A stretch of DNA of 64,000 nt from Eledone cirrhosa (GCA_964016885.1 OZ024745.1:27404001-27468000), one strand, 5' to 3'; shown: positions 28,000 to 40,890, counted from the first letter of the stretch. Numbers and translations: made by a program. Notes: generated by a model from the letters alone, not told the origin.

Positions 28000-28910
28000 C
28001 AGTCACCGATGATACAGAAGCTTTCATAAATGGGTCCGGCTGCATTTAAAACGCACTCAGAAGCTAGATATGAAACACAGACACTAGCAGACAAAATGGA
28101 CTGTCTTGGAACTGGTGACCAAGATCCTGAATTTAATTCTTGTACGCTTCAACAACACAAATAAAGTTTTTCAAGGTCATTGAAGTTGACCCGAAGAAAG
28201 TAATGGATCTAACTCATTGGTTCCCAACCAGGGGGCCATGACCCACCAGTGGGTCATAGCAAGTTATTGGGGGAGCCACGGGAATTAACTAAAAATCACA
28301 AAATTTTATACATAAAAAAGAAGAGTAGTTTCCTAACATAATTTTTTCTTTTTCTTGCTTCAAATTTTTATATTCAACTTTATATCAACTTTCTACCTTT
28401 TCTAATTATGATTTTACTTCACAAATAAAAAGACATGCAAAATTATTTCTACATAAAAAAATGATATCAAATATTTTAATTGGGTGGGGGGGGGGTTTAC
28501 TGTTTTGCTATATCATTAAGGTGGAATTTATTATAAAAGGCTGGGAACCGCTGATCTAACTGATTCTATTGAAAAGTTTGTGAAATCCTTTCGGGATAGT
28601 TATGAAGAGTTGAAGCTAGACGCCAAGAACTTCTGCAGCATCACCGACTACAGAGCAACACCAGGAAGATCAAGAAAGAGAAACAAAGAATATGATGTAA
28701 ATTTAACGTCACGATCAGATGAAGGTGTCCTTTCTCCAAGAGAACCATTCAAGATGTGGGTCTTTCAATGTTATTTTAGACCAGTTGTCTGTTGCTTTAC
28801 AAAAACGCAGGATATCATACCAATTAATACATGACAAGTTCGGAGTTATAGTAAATTTATGTAGATTATCTGATGCAGAGATAGGAACTGAAGCTGAGAA
28901 AATATAATGC
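28000..28910 (+). pseudogene. Degenerate hAT-family transposase remnant
   Basis: Fragments FRDSYEELKLDAK...RKR...FNVILDQLSVALQKRRISYQLIHDKFG resemble the hAT transposase C-terminal region. Frameshifted and interrupted by a MITE. Confidence 0.55.
28215..28553. mobile_element. hAT (Charlie-like) MITE
   Basis: 8-bp TSD ATCTAACT (28207-28214 and 28554-28561). TIRs CATTGGTTCCCAACC / GGCTGGGAACCGCTG. Confidence 0.88.
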
Positions 28911-29074
28911 ACTGGGTTATTTGCTGGCCTTGTGCCAAAAGCAGAAACAGTTATATATTTCAATATTTTGTGTATGAGAGCCGACCCCAACCTGAAGTGC
29001 CTTGGGACACCCCAAAGTTCAGATAATCTTATCCCACTCTCTATCCTCTTCGCTGTCTTCTATTTATTTCTAAA

Positions 29075-29640
29075 CACCCTCTCTCCTAGCTATCTCTCTC
29101 TCTCTCCTCTTCCCTCACTCTCCTCAACCTCCACCTTGCCCTCTCTCTACTCCAACTTCCTCCTCACTCTCTCTACTTCACTATCTCTAAGTCCCCCTCT
29201 CTCCTAGCTATCTCTCTCTCCTCTTCCCTCACTCTCCTCAACCCCTACCTTCCCTCGCTCTACTCCAACTTCCTCCTCACTCTCTCTACTTCACTATCTC
29301 TAAGTCCCCCTCTCTCCTAGCTATCTCTCTCTCCTCTTCCCTCACTCTCCTCAACCTCCACCTTGCCCTCTCTCTACTCCAACATCCTCCTCACTCTCTC
29401 TACTTCACTATCTCTGAGTCCCCCTCTCTCCTAGCTATCTCTCTCTCTCCTCTTCCCTCACTCTCCTCAACCTCCATCTTCCCCTCTCTCAACTCCAACT
29501 TCCTCCTCACTCTCTGTACTCCACTATCTCTGAGTCCCCCTCTCTCCTAGCTATCTCTCTCTCCTCAACCTCTACCTTCCCCTCTCTCTCCTCAACCTCT
29601 ACCTTCCCCTCTCACTACTCCAACTTCCTCCCCACTCTCT
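29075..29640. repeat. ~120-bp pyrimidine-rich tandem repeat (about 4 copies)
   Basis: CTCTCTCCTAGCTATCTCTC recurs at ~29080, 29198, 29311, 29424 and 29540. Confidence 0.85.
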
Positions 29641-29767
29641 CTACTCCACTATCTCAAGTCTCCCCTCTCTCTACTCCACTATCTCTACCTCCCCCTCTAA
29701 ATCTCTACTCCTTCCTCCTTCTCTCTCTACTCCACTATCTTTACCGTCCTCACACTCTCTACTCCTT

Positions 29768-29825
<58 letters not shown>

Positions 29826-29973
29826 ACTCTCTCTACTCTCTCTACATCACTATCATATCACCATCTTTACCTCCCCTTACTCTCTACACCTATCTACCCT
29901 CCCCCTCTCTCTCTCTCCTCCACTATCTTTACCTCCCCTTACTCTCTACACCTATCTAGCCTATCTCACACTC

Positions 29974-30016
<43 letters not shown>

Positions 30017-30657
30017 CCACTACCTCCAGCTACTCCCCTCCCACTCTTCACCCTAATACACGCTACATTTAACAATTCTCAACCTAAGATAAAGCAAAAC
30101 ATGGACAAATTCGCCAAATTTTAAGTTTTTATGTTCAATTTAATGGATATTTACTACATTCATGTATACACCCCCCTACCCCCCCATATATATATATATA
30201 CATATATATATATATGTGTGTGTGTGTATGTATATATATATACATATATATACATTATATATACATGTATATTTAGACACACATAAACATATTTGTATAC
30301 ACACACACACATATATATATATATACATATATAGATATGTGTGTGTGTGTGTGTGTGTGTGTGTTTGTGTGTGTATACAAATATGTTTATGTGTGTCGAA
30401 ATATACATGTATATATAATGTATATATATATATATATATACATACACACATATATATCTATATATCTATATATATATATATACAGTAGTGATGATGATTT
30501 CTTATATATGCCACAAGGGGGCGAACAACAACAACAACAACAAAAACAACAACAACAACAACAACGACAACACCAACAACAACTGTCATAATTACATTAT
30601 TATTTAATGATATTTCTATTTCATTCATAGAAAACGTATTTAACTGTCTTGGGTGTC

Positions 30658-30713
<56 letters not shown>

Positions 30714-30889
30714 TACAGACAGACAAACAAAGAGACATACACACATACATACATACACACACACATACATACATATATACACATACATACACATACATAC
30801 ACAAACATAAATACAGACAAACACATACATTTATGCATACATACACATACATACATACATACATACATATATGCATACATACATACATG

Positions 30890-31497
30890 GTGGCTACCAA
30901 CTCGTTTTCGAGTACGGCCACTACTTTATATCCATGTAGGAGAACTCCTACCGATGCGCTGAACGAGTGTGACTTTTTAGTCCAGCCAGCGACTTGAAAA
31001 CTCTGGGTCAAACACTACACTTGTGACAATTATTGACACATAGTGCTGGGCCCATGGTACCATGTGACGACAAGTGCAGAGAGATCTCCAGATATAAAGC
31101 AATGCCTGTGCCGTGAAGCTTTTATAGTGAGCAAAGGCACTGCACAAAGCCAGTCCCACTCTCTTAACCAAGATGATATTTACCAAAAAGAAGAACAAGT
31201 CAACATCATTGGATACCATCAGGGTTGCAGGTGTTATATCAGAGTTTTCCTTCTCCTAGAATTCTGCCTTGACAAAGGCTAAGGGGTCATCTCTCCCGGT
31301 GATTTTGGATGGCCATTGACTCTTAAGAGCTCCTTTGCCCTTTGACAGGTTTTGTTTTTAGTCCTGCAGGATGTCCAAAGTCACCCTCCTCACCAAGAAA
31401 CCTTGGTGGGGTTGCCAGTTTAGTCGCCAACGACCCGACCCTGGGACAGGTTGTACTGGAATACATGTTGCCAGTAGCACCAAGTGGTGACCTGACA
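30890..31497 (-). mobile_element. Interspersed repeat, probable RTE-type 5' leader
   Basis: Homologous to 1960-2525; preceded by (TATG)n on the minus strand. Confidence 0.6.
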
Positions 31498-32179
31498 TAC
31501 ATACATACTTTGCATCTAATAACTGCATATACACATGTACAGATACAAAGCATATACACATGCACACATACAACTCAAAATATACACATCCACGCATACA
31601 ATAACATCCATATCTACACATGCATGCATACATACATATCTACCTAGTTGATGTGTAAATTCCAACGAGAGAGTCTTGTGTCTATGTTAGAAACCGACTC
31701 TCTCTCTATTGGTAAAACTTTGTGAAATTATAAAACCAGAAGAACATACATACATACTTACATACATACATACATACATTCATACATACATACATACATA
31801 CATACATACATACATACATACATACATACATACATACATACATACATACATACATACATACATACATACATACGCAGTGAAAGATAATTTTTTTCCGCAT
31901 GGCAGAAATTCATTAAATAATACATTGTAGGATTTTTTCTTTTACTAATTTTAAGAAATATTCGGTGACAAATAAAACTGAAAATTACAAAAGCAAAAAA
32001 AAAAAAGCCAAAGAAGAAATCAGTACGGAAGTAGAGAACTGTTATGGCGGTCGTGATATGACAGATTTGGGGATGAAGAAATGGAAATATAGAGAACGAA
32101 TAAAATAAAATAAAATCTATTTAAAAAAATATATATTTTTATAAATTTTAGTTTATTGTTCTTTAAAAATGTTTCTTCT

Positions 32180-32795
32180 ATTGTCAGTATCGGTAGAGAG
32201 TCGGACGCTATGCTTTGACGCATAGAGTTACGGCCCTTGCCATTCTGAGTTCGAATCCCGCCGAGGTTAACTTTGCCTTTCATCCTTACGGGGTCGATAA
32301 AATAAAGTACCAGTAATGCACTGAGTAATTTCTGGCCTTGTGCCAAAAAGTAGAAACAATTATTTGGCAGTATCGGTAGAGGGTTGGATGCCGTGCTTTC
32401 TAGCATAGTTACGTCCCTTTATGGTCTGAGTTCAAATCTGGCCGAGGTTCACTTTGCCTTTCATCCTTACGGGGTCGATAAAATAAAATACCAGTAATGT
32501 ACTGAGTAATTGCTGGTCGTGTGCCAAAAGTAGAAACAATTATTATTATTTGGCAGTATCGGTAGAGAGTCGGAGAGTTACGGCCCGTTACGGTCCATTA
32601 CGATCAAATCCCGCTGATGTTAACTTTGCCTTTCATCCTTACGGGGTCGATAAAATAAAGTACCAGTAACGCACTGGGGTCGATTTAATCGACTTTCCCC
32701 TCCCCCACCCCCAAGAAAATTAATGGCTTTGTGCCTATACTAGAAATCATTACTGGTGCAATTGCTGGTCTTGTGCCAAAAGTAGAAACAATTGT
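32180..32795 (+). mobile_element. Tandem cluster of about three SINE copies plus an extra tail
   Basis: Heads (T)GGCAGTATCGGTAGAG at ~32181, 32365 and 32551, each followed by the family body. Confidence 0.88.
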
Positions 32796-33442
32796 TTGTT
32801 TTTTCTTCTTCTTCTGAGGGTCGTAGGAGCAGAGTCCACAAGCACGCCTTCCAAAGTGTCCTTCTTCCACTTATTCCTTGAAGGGTCGTGTGAGAAAGAG
32901 CCTGTAAACATTACTCCCAGCAGTTCCTGTCAAAAGCAACTGTCTCCAATTGATACGGTTCCATCTCCAAGAGAGACCAACCGAGCTCATGGATGTTATC
33001 TGGGGATCTACCTCTGGGTATCCTGCCAGTTGGGGTTTTGCTTGTAACATCTGTCAAGCGATCCTTTCCTGAGACATTCTATCCACATGCCCGTAATATC
33101 GGAGTGGTGAACTCTCAATTCGGAGACTACGCCACCCCAAAAATTGTTGGCCTTCTGCCTAAATCAGAATAAAGTACCAGTAGCATACTGGGGTCGAGTA
33201 AATCGACCCCAAAATTGTTGGCCTTCTGTCTAAATCAGAAACCAGGTAGATTGGCAATATCGGTAGAGGGTCGGACGTCATGCTTTGACGCATAGAGTTA
33301 CGGCCCTTTTCTGAGTTCAAATTCCACCAAAGAGAGCTTTGCTTTCATCCTTATAGGGTCAATAAAATAAGGTACTTGGATAGATATAATCGACTCCCAC
33401 CAAAATAATTAGAAACCATTATTATTATTTTTGGCAGTATCC

Positions 33443-33646
33443 ATAATTGTTTCTACTTTAGGCACAAGGCCAGCAAATTACCCAGTGCATTACTGGTACT
33501 TTATTTTATCGACTCCGTAAGGATGAAAGGTAAAGTCAATCCCGCCGAGGTTGACTTTGCCTTTCATCCTTACGGGGTCGATAAAATAAAGTACCAGTAA
33601 TACACTGGATATTTGCTGGCCTTGTGCCAAAAGTAGAAACAATTAT
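33443..33646. repeat. Palindromic SINE (two 3' halves in inverted orientation)
   Basis: ~95-bp arms around CCCGCCGAG. Confidence 0.85.
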
Positions 33647-33769
33647 TTTGTTTAATGAAAGAGTAAGAGACAACATAAATGGGTCCCTAAAACGATTCCG
33701 TGGGGTCTTGGTTTATGTATTGCAAGTAAGTTTGGTGCAGTGATGGATGGTGGTGTCATGTTGGCTCAT

Positions 33770-34570
33770 GTGCCACATATAGGGTCACATGTCACATATA
33801 GGGTCACGTGGCAGATATAGAGATCACATGGCACATATAGGGATCACATGTGTCACATATAGGGATCACATGTGTTACATATAGGGATCACGTGTGTCAG
33901 ATTTAGGGATCACGTGTGTTACATATAGGGATCACGTGTGTCAGATTTAGGGATCACGTGTGTCATATAGGGATCACGTGTGTCACATATAGGATCACGT
34001 GTCACATATAGTGATCACGTGTGTCACATATAGTGATCACGTGTATCAGATATAGGGATCACGTGTCACAGATAGGATCACGTGTGTCAGATATAGGGAT
34101 CACGTGTATCAGTTTTAGGATCACGTGTTTCACATATAGGGATCATGTGTCACATAGCGATCACGTGTGTCACATATAGGATCACGTGTCACATATAGAA
34201 TCACGTGTGTCACATATAGGATCATGTGTGTCACATATAGGGATCACGTGTCACGTATAGAGATCACTTGTCACATAGGGATCACGTGTGTCAGATATAG
34301 GGATCACGTGTGTCACATATAGGGATGACGTGTCACGTATAGGGATTACGTGTCACATATAGGGATCACGTGTGTCAAATATAGGGATCACGTGTGTCAG
34401 ATATAGGATCATGTGTGTCAGATATAGGATCACGTGTGTCAGATATAGCATTACGTTTCATATATAGGGATTACGTGTGTCAAATATAGGGATCACGTGT
34501 GTCACATATAGGAATCACGTGTGTCACATATAGGGATCACGTGTCACATATAGGGATCACGTGTGTCACA
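33770..34570. repeat. ~20-22 bp minisatellite (ATATAGGGATCACGTGTGTCAC)n
   Basis: Direct periodicity; most units contain CACGTG. Confidence 0.92.
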
Positions 34571-34903
34571 ACAGGATTGGAAGATAAAATAAAAATTTGA
34601 ATTGATTTAATTTTTCTTCTCGTTGTTGTTGTTGCTGCTGTTGCTGTCGTCGTTGTTGTTGTTGTTGTTGTTGGTGCCATTGCTATTGTTGTTGTTTTTC
34701 TAGTCATGTCCCTGCCATTTACTTTTATTATGTATCTAAAATATATATCTCAGTAGGATTTCCCATTAAACTAGTTTCTTGTTAAAGAAGACATGAAAGT
34801 GATACATATACATACACACACACATATACATACACACACACACACATATATATATATACATACACACACACATATATATATCATATATATTATGTATGTA
34901 TAT

Positions 34904-34936
<33 letters not shown>

Positions 34937-34959
34937 ATATATATATTATGTATGTATAT

Positions 34960-34994
<35 letters not shown>

Positions 34995-35018
34995 CATACA
35001 CACATATATATTATGTAT

Positions 35019-35080
<62 letters not shown>

Positions 35081-35351
35081 CTCTCCATCTCCACTTCTCT
35101 CTATATCCATAAATAGTGCCAAGAATTTCCGAAGAAATATATCAAGGAAAAAGCGTTGTATGTAATGTACAGAGCCAAAATATATGACTAAGACCTCCTA
35201 TCTTCTCTTCTTCCTCTCTCTTAGTTCTCAATACTGCCCTACCTATCCACTTCTTTTCAAGCCCCTATCTCATTATTTTATGATTCGAACGTTGACTTGG
35301 TCAGCGCATTTCTTTATGTCTCTAGTCTGTTAGCATTAGTTCCAGGGTAAT

Positions 35352-35570
35352 AGGGCGGTTGATTGGCAGTATCGGTAGAGGGTCGGACGCCATACTTTGC
35401 AACATAGAGTTACGGCACTTTATGATCTGAGTTCAAATCCCGCCGAGGTTGACTTTGCCTTTCATCTTTACGGGGTCGATAAAATAAAGTACCAGTCACG
35501 CACTGAGGTCGATTTAATCGACGTCCTCTCGCCCAAAATTGCTGGCCTTGTGCCTATATAAGAAACTAAT
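35352..35570 (+). mobile_element. tRNA-derived SINE with TSD
   Basis: TSD ATTAGTTCCAGGG(T/C)AAT at 35335 and 35571. Confidence 0.9.
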
Positions 35571-35918
35571 ATTAGTTCCAGGGCAATCGCTCGAACAAAT
35601 TTGTGTTAATTTGATTAATTTCTTTATTCCTATTGCAGTTACCTCCCCACATTTGTGTGACACTTTCAAATGAAGTCATTTTCCTGTCCATAGCACTATG
35701 TACAGATTTCGTCTAGTTTTTTTCTAGTTTTTTTTTTGTCTAACGTCCGTTGGGTTTTCATCCTGAATAGCTCTCTTCGGTTGATGCACCGGTGGCAAAT
35801 AACCCCTTTCGCTGGAAGCATCTGAAACTACAATGATCCCAGGAGACAGTCGATGAGCGGGAATTGTCCATATGCTTGTCTCTTCCGAGTTTTCTGTTTC
35901 CTGTATTTGTCCCACGTG

Positions 35919-35981
<63 letters not shown>

Positions 35982-36422
35982 CACACACACACACATATAT
36001 ATACACACACATATATATATATATATACACACACATATATATATATACACACACACACACACATATGTATGTATGTATATAAACATACATAACGTTTGAG
36101 AGCTGTCGTCTTAACTTTACTAATTATCGATTTAAAAATGGAAACAGTGCTGTATAGGCTTTGAAGGACGGTGATTGACTAAGGTAACATAAGTAATACC
36201 CTTACTATCCCCGTTCTTCTGCCTAGTTCTATGTTATATATTAGCAAGATATTAACATATGTTATCTCCATAACATTATCTTTAACGAGTGTGATCTGAA
36301 TAATGGTTCCTTGGCGCCAGCTTTTCATTGAGCGATTATAGTACAGGGTGGTCGAAATGATTGTATATCGATCTACATTATTGTTTTAAACACACACACA
36401 CACATATATATACATATATATA

Positions 36423-36616
36423 TAGGAAAAAGTATGACCCCAACGGCAGAGCTCAAGCCGTTTCGACAGCTATTTCTGGACAGAAATAGCCGTCGAAACG
36501 GCTTGAGCTCTGCCGTCGGGTCATACTTTTTCCTATTACCCACTCTACTACCCTGAGTATTGAGTACTCTGGTGCGTTATGGTCCATCTGGTTCCTTACC
36601 ACATCTCCTTCGTTAT
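36423..36616 (+). mobile_element. Fold-back module A, second copy
   Basis: Near-identical to 12765-12950; hairpin at 36423-36535. Confidence 0.75.
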
Positions 36617-36630
36617 ATATATATATATAT

Positions 36631-36836
36631 AATGAAAAATTGAACACGGACAGAACAGAGAGGCAGTACAATAAATGTTTATTAAATTCACGCTCAGGAG
36701 AGTGGGGGGTAGGTGGGGGACGACGTTTCGGGCATAAGCCCTTCTTCAGGTGAGAAGTGTGTGGGAACAGAGTTCAAAAGGTGTGTAGGGGAGTGGTGGA
36801 GAGACATATAGCGAAAGGAAACGGTGCGAATAAAAA
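36631..36836 (-). mobile_element. Solo 3' terminus of the Penelope-like element with hammerhead
   Basis: Reverse complement of ~14785-14990. Hammerhead AC-CTGAAGA-A-GGGC(TTAT)GCCC-GAAA-CG-TC^GT at 36720-36751. Confidence 0.85.
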
Positions 36837-37110
36837 ATATATATATATAGCAATATCTGATGTACCCTTATCCAGGATTTGAAGAAACCTTATCTTGAAA
36901 CTGTGGTGTTCAGCTAGAGAGAATACCTTGATGTCAGGCTTCAACACCTAACTGAATGGTTGGGTACACCGCTTCTCACTTGCCCTTCACCTCCTTTTTC
37001 TTTCATTTATAGTCTTTTGCAATGCTACTTTCTTTTCCCTTATGTTTGTCTAAATATTAAATTCTTTATTATTTTTATGTAATTTTATCCTAGAAATAAG
37101 AATGCGTTTA

Positions 37111-38020
37111 TCTATATATCTAAAACAGAGAATGTCTGTCTGACTCCCTAAAACTTGAGAACCACCCAACTGATTTTTTTTCAAACTTTACACATGTAAT
37201 ACTTATGGTCGTGTGAGTGTTTTGAGCAAAACATATTTCAAATTTTCAATGCCTTAGGGACCGCATTAGGCGCCGGTTAGCGATCTCTCTATCTTTCTTA
37301 GACTGTCTTTTTAGATAGATACATAACTATAATGTCGCGCCCTTATAATATCTGTCTGTATGTCTGGCTGTCTGCATTACGACATTATGACAAATATTGT
37401 TCTCATTGCTGACGTATTATCTTCGCTATTTTCCGTTCATTGCCAGGGAACGACTTCACGGACCAAAGTATCGTTTTCCTGTCTTCCTTCGGTTGCAACG
37501 TTTTTCGAAATATTTACTTCTGTGTTCACAGATTGATTTTTTTAGTTTCAGAAGATCCCGTTAAGGGTGAAAGCAGCGATTCTTTGCTTAAACTTTAATC
37601 TGTCATTTTAATATATGTTTTTCACACCTGCTCAAGAGTTGGAAGCAAGACAAATCTCTTTGCATATGCCCGACACAGAAGAACAAGGAACATTGTGTAC
37701 AAGGAGGTGCTACAATCATTTTTTAGGTAGATGAGACAGAAGGGGATATACACGATTGGCTGAAGGACAAGACTGTGTTAGTAGTACGACCAACGGCTGC
37801 TATCACACCAACAGCAGCAAAAACAAAAAGAGAGGGAATGCAATTACATGCTTTTGAAAAATCTTAAGAAAATGATTTGCCTATTCACCCAAGGCGACTT
37901 CCCTTTTTATTAGGACTTCTACATCAATTGGTGAACATACAACGAAACGGTTTCAGAAAGGAGGGATAAACATGCCAATCTATGTTTAGAATCCAGAGCA
38001 ACGCCGGGCCATTCTGCTAG
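37111..38020 (+). mobile_element. Non-autonomous Helitron
   Basis: 5' end A|TCTATATATCTAAAA and 3' end CCAGAGCAACGCCGGG (degenerate subterminal hairpin)...CTGCTAG|T. Inserted between A and T, no TSD. Confidence 0.78.
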
Positions 38021-38507
38021 TAGAGTCTAAAATAGAATTTTACAATTAAAAAAAAAAACATCTGATGAATTCAGTGTTAATCTGTCTCTGTTGCTTGACA
38101 AGCTGTCAAAGTATCACCCACTCTCTGGTTATAATTTCTTGTTAAACTCATAATGATGCGAAGATCTGGTGGACTGGGAGCCTTTAAACAACTTCCCTAC
38201 TTACTGTGATTGGGGTGGAGATGGCGATCCTCAAGAACGAGCCCCCACATAATTGTTCAGTTCAAATCTTTCAGTTCACATCCTTCGCCATCTTCCACAA
38301 TAACACATTCGCCTTTCAGTCTTCTGGGACCATGATGCAACAACAATAGAATAGATACTTTCATTGATAATTTAGACACAACAAAAGGACAGAAAATTTG
38401 AGTGGTAAATCAAATCTGTTTAAATCAACTCCAGTACTTAACTAGCACTTTATTTTATCGACCCCCAGAAGGATGAGGGGTAAAGTTAACCTTGGTTGGA
38501 TTTGAAC

Positions 38508-38752
38508 CAGGGTCGGATTTAGATTTGATGAGGCCCTAAGCTATTTGAGATAATGGGGCCCTTTATATGTTATAAAAACTGCAAAACGTTCAATATTAAA
38601 GCAGAAAACTGTTTAAAACTATTGCATTATTTTAGTTCTTTTTTATCTTATATTTTGGAAATGTACACAGTTTTTTTTAATTTTTTCGGGGCCCCAAGAT
38701 AGTGGAGGCCCTAAGCTATAGCTTGTTTAGCTTATATGTAAATCCCACTCTG
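38508..38752. mobile_element. hAT-type MITE nested in a SINE
   Basis: 8-bp TSD ATTTGAAC (38500-38507 and 38753-38760). TIRs CAGGGTCGGATTTA / TAAATCCCACTCTG. Splits a minus-strand SINE (~38420-38835). Confidence 0.9.
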
Positions 38753-40012
38753 ATTTGAACTCAAAATATAAAGAGCTAGTACAAATGCTGTAATGACATT
38801 TTTATCTGACGTCTATCAATTCTGCCAATCCACCATCTTATTAAGATAAATACATTAAGATTTTTTCTTACATTCCCACCAATTCTCCATTATTGTATTA
38901 TTTCTATACAATTTTTATTTCATGTGCCTAGTTTTATCAATTATTCACATTATTTTATCTCATCTTTTTAATGGATTTTTATTTTAAATATATTTTTGCC
39001 ATATTTTATCTTCACTAAGATATTATCAATGTCTCACATTTGTTATAAGAAGAAATCTTGTTAATTTGTTTTCCTCACCACCACTACAACTATTACTACT
39101 TAACCTACCAATACCACTAGTCCACTACCGTAAAAACCAGTTTATAATAATACATTTCACTATTTTGTCAAAATTTCCTTTTGCCTATCTATAAAGCCTG
39201 CTAATTTACCTTTTCTATTTTCTTTTTTTTGTCCTGTAACTCCTGATGATGTTGTAGGGGTACTGTAGAGACATACAGTGTTTATTGGGCATTTAGAACT
39301 AGGCAAAGACCATCCTTCCTCTCCAGGTCTGACTAAAGCAGATTTGTTCCTTGAAGTGTTCCTTTGGGGGCACTGAAAACCCATCTGCTTTTCGATGTCT
39401 GAATTGACCCATAATTTTTCAAATATTTACTGCATTCCATGTAGTATAAGTGTCTATATTTCTTTGTTTAGGTGTTATTTTTTTCCATTCTGTTTTAAAT
39501 CCATGTCCTTGATTACAAAATTGCTGAAAACATCTTTGAAATTTTAGAGGTATATACACCAGAGAAATAACCTCTATTTTTGTAGAAAAGAATGTATGTT
39601 TACAAAATAAAAAAAAACAAACTGTTTTTATGAAGTAAACATGTTAAGAATCCAATTTTTTAGTGAAACTCCATTAATAATATTTGCTCATGGCAAACAA
39701 CAATAATAATTTGAATAGTATATTAACTCTTTTGCATTTTTAATGAAATACACGGCACATGTGTTTCAGTTAATTTTGAAAATAATGAAAAATTTGAAAT
39801 AATTTAATAATAATTTAATTTTTTTATTATAAAAGCAGGCTTTTGGAAAATATTGGAATGTTTTAATATAAATATGAACACTTTAAAACAAGTAGTTTTG
39901 TATTAAAAAAAAACCCAGGTGCTATTTCTAGCAGGCTGGTATCTAAAGGATTTATTGTCAACATAACAATATCAAATTTCTATAATGAAGAAAGAACATC
40001 TTTTTACTACAT

Positions 40013-40285
40013 TTGGTTTATATACCCTAGACTGAGATATGAACCATCAAGCCATGTTAGAGTCACTAGAACTCAATGTTCTACACAATGTCTAGTGTTT
40101 CCAGTGTATTCTCTCTACAGATGGTTTATATACCCTAGACTGAGATTTGAACCATCCAGCCATGTTTGACTCATTAGAACTCAATGGACTACACAATGTC
40201 TAGTGTTTCCAGTGTATTCTCTCTACAGATGGTTTATATACCCTAGACTGAGATTTGAGCCATTCAACCATGATAGATTCACAAC
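40013..40285. repeat. ~108-bp tandem repeat (2.5 copies) downstream of the CYP stop
   Basis: TGGTTTATATACCCTAGACTGAGAT recurs at ~40013, 40121 and 40230. Confidence 0.88.
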
Positions 40286-40554
40286 AATGCAATGTTGAGC
40301 CCTGAAAAGTATGAAATCAAAGTCTTGTGTCTCCAGCCATCAGTCAGGGTCAAACTTCATCGAATTGCCAAAAGTAAAAGCTTGACTTCCCCTTTTCCCC
40401 CAAATTGTTGGTTTTGTGACTAAATTAGAAATTGTTATTGTTTATGATGTTAATGATAAAGATGATTGTTGCCAATGTGGTCACCCCTCAAATCACTGAC
40501 AATATCATCATAATGTGAGACACACCCACCCTGCTACACACCCAAGGTCACCTC

Positions 40555-40890
40555 TCACTCATGTTTGTATCTTTCAAAGATGGCAGTCATTTTTTCTGTG
40601 GGTTTAGGAGATGGGAAGTAAACTATATCTACACTGCTTGGCTGCATCTTCCATTGCGCCCTTCTAGCTAACTCTAGTATAGTATAAAGCATGGACAGTT
40701 TGGCAAAGTCTTTCCCTATACAACGGCGAGAAGCAGCCCCAAAAGGTATGAAATCAAAAACTGAATCACTGTCATGGGTCTCTAGCCATCGGTCAGGGTC
40801 AAAGTCCATAGGATTGTCAAAAGTAAAAGCACCAATATGTTGATCTCGTATGGAACAGACGACTCTCCAATTAGCAGGAATGGTGTAGCC
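40555..40890 (-). CDS. CYP26: CYP26-like cytochrome P450, exon 4 (last)
   Basis: AACAG acceptor. Translates GYTIPANWRVVCSIRDQH...FDPDRW...FIPFGAASRRCIGKDFA (heme Cys motif) to TGA at 40555-40557. The four exons join in phase 0 to ~490 aa. Confidence 0.94.
   Translation of the reverse strand, partial: GYTIPANWRVVCSIRDQHIGAFTFDNPMDFDPDRWLETHDSDSVFDFIPFGAASRRCIGKDFAKLSMLYTILELARRAQWKMQPSSVDIVYFPSPKPTEKMTAIFERYKHE

Noticed and set aside
39722-39955. piggyBac-like MITE
   Set aside because: Termini are too degenerate to confirm TIRs and a TTAA TSD.
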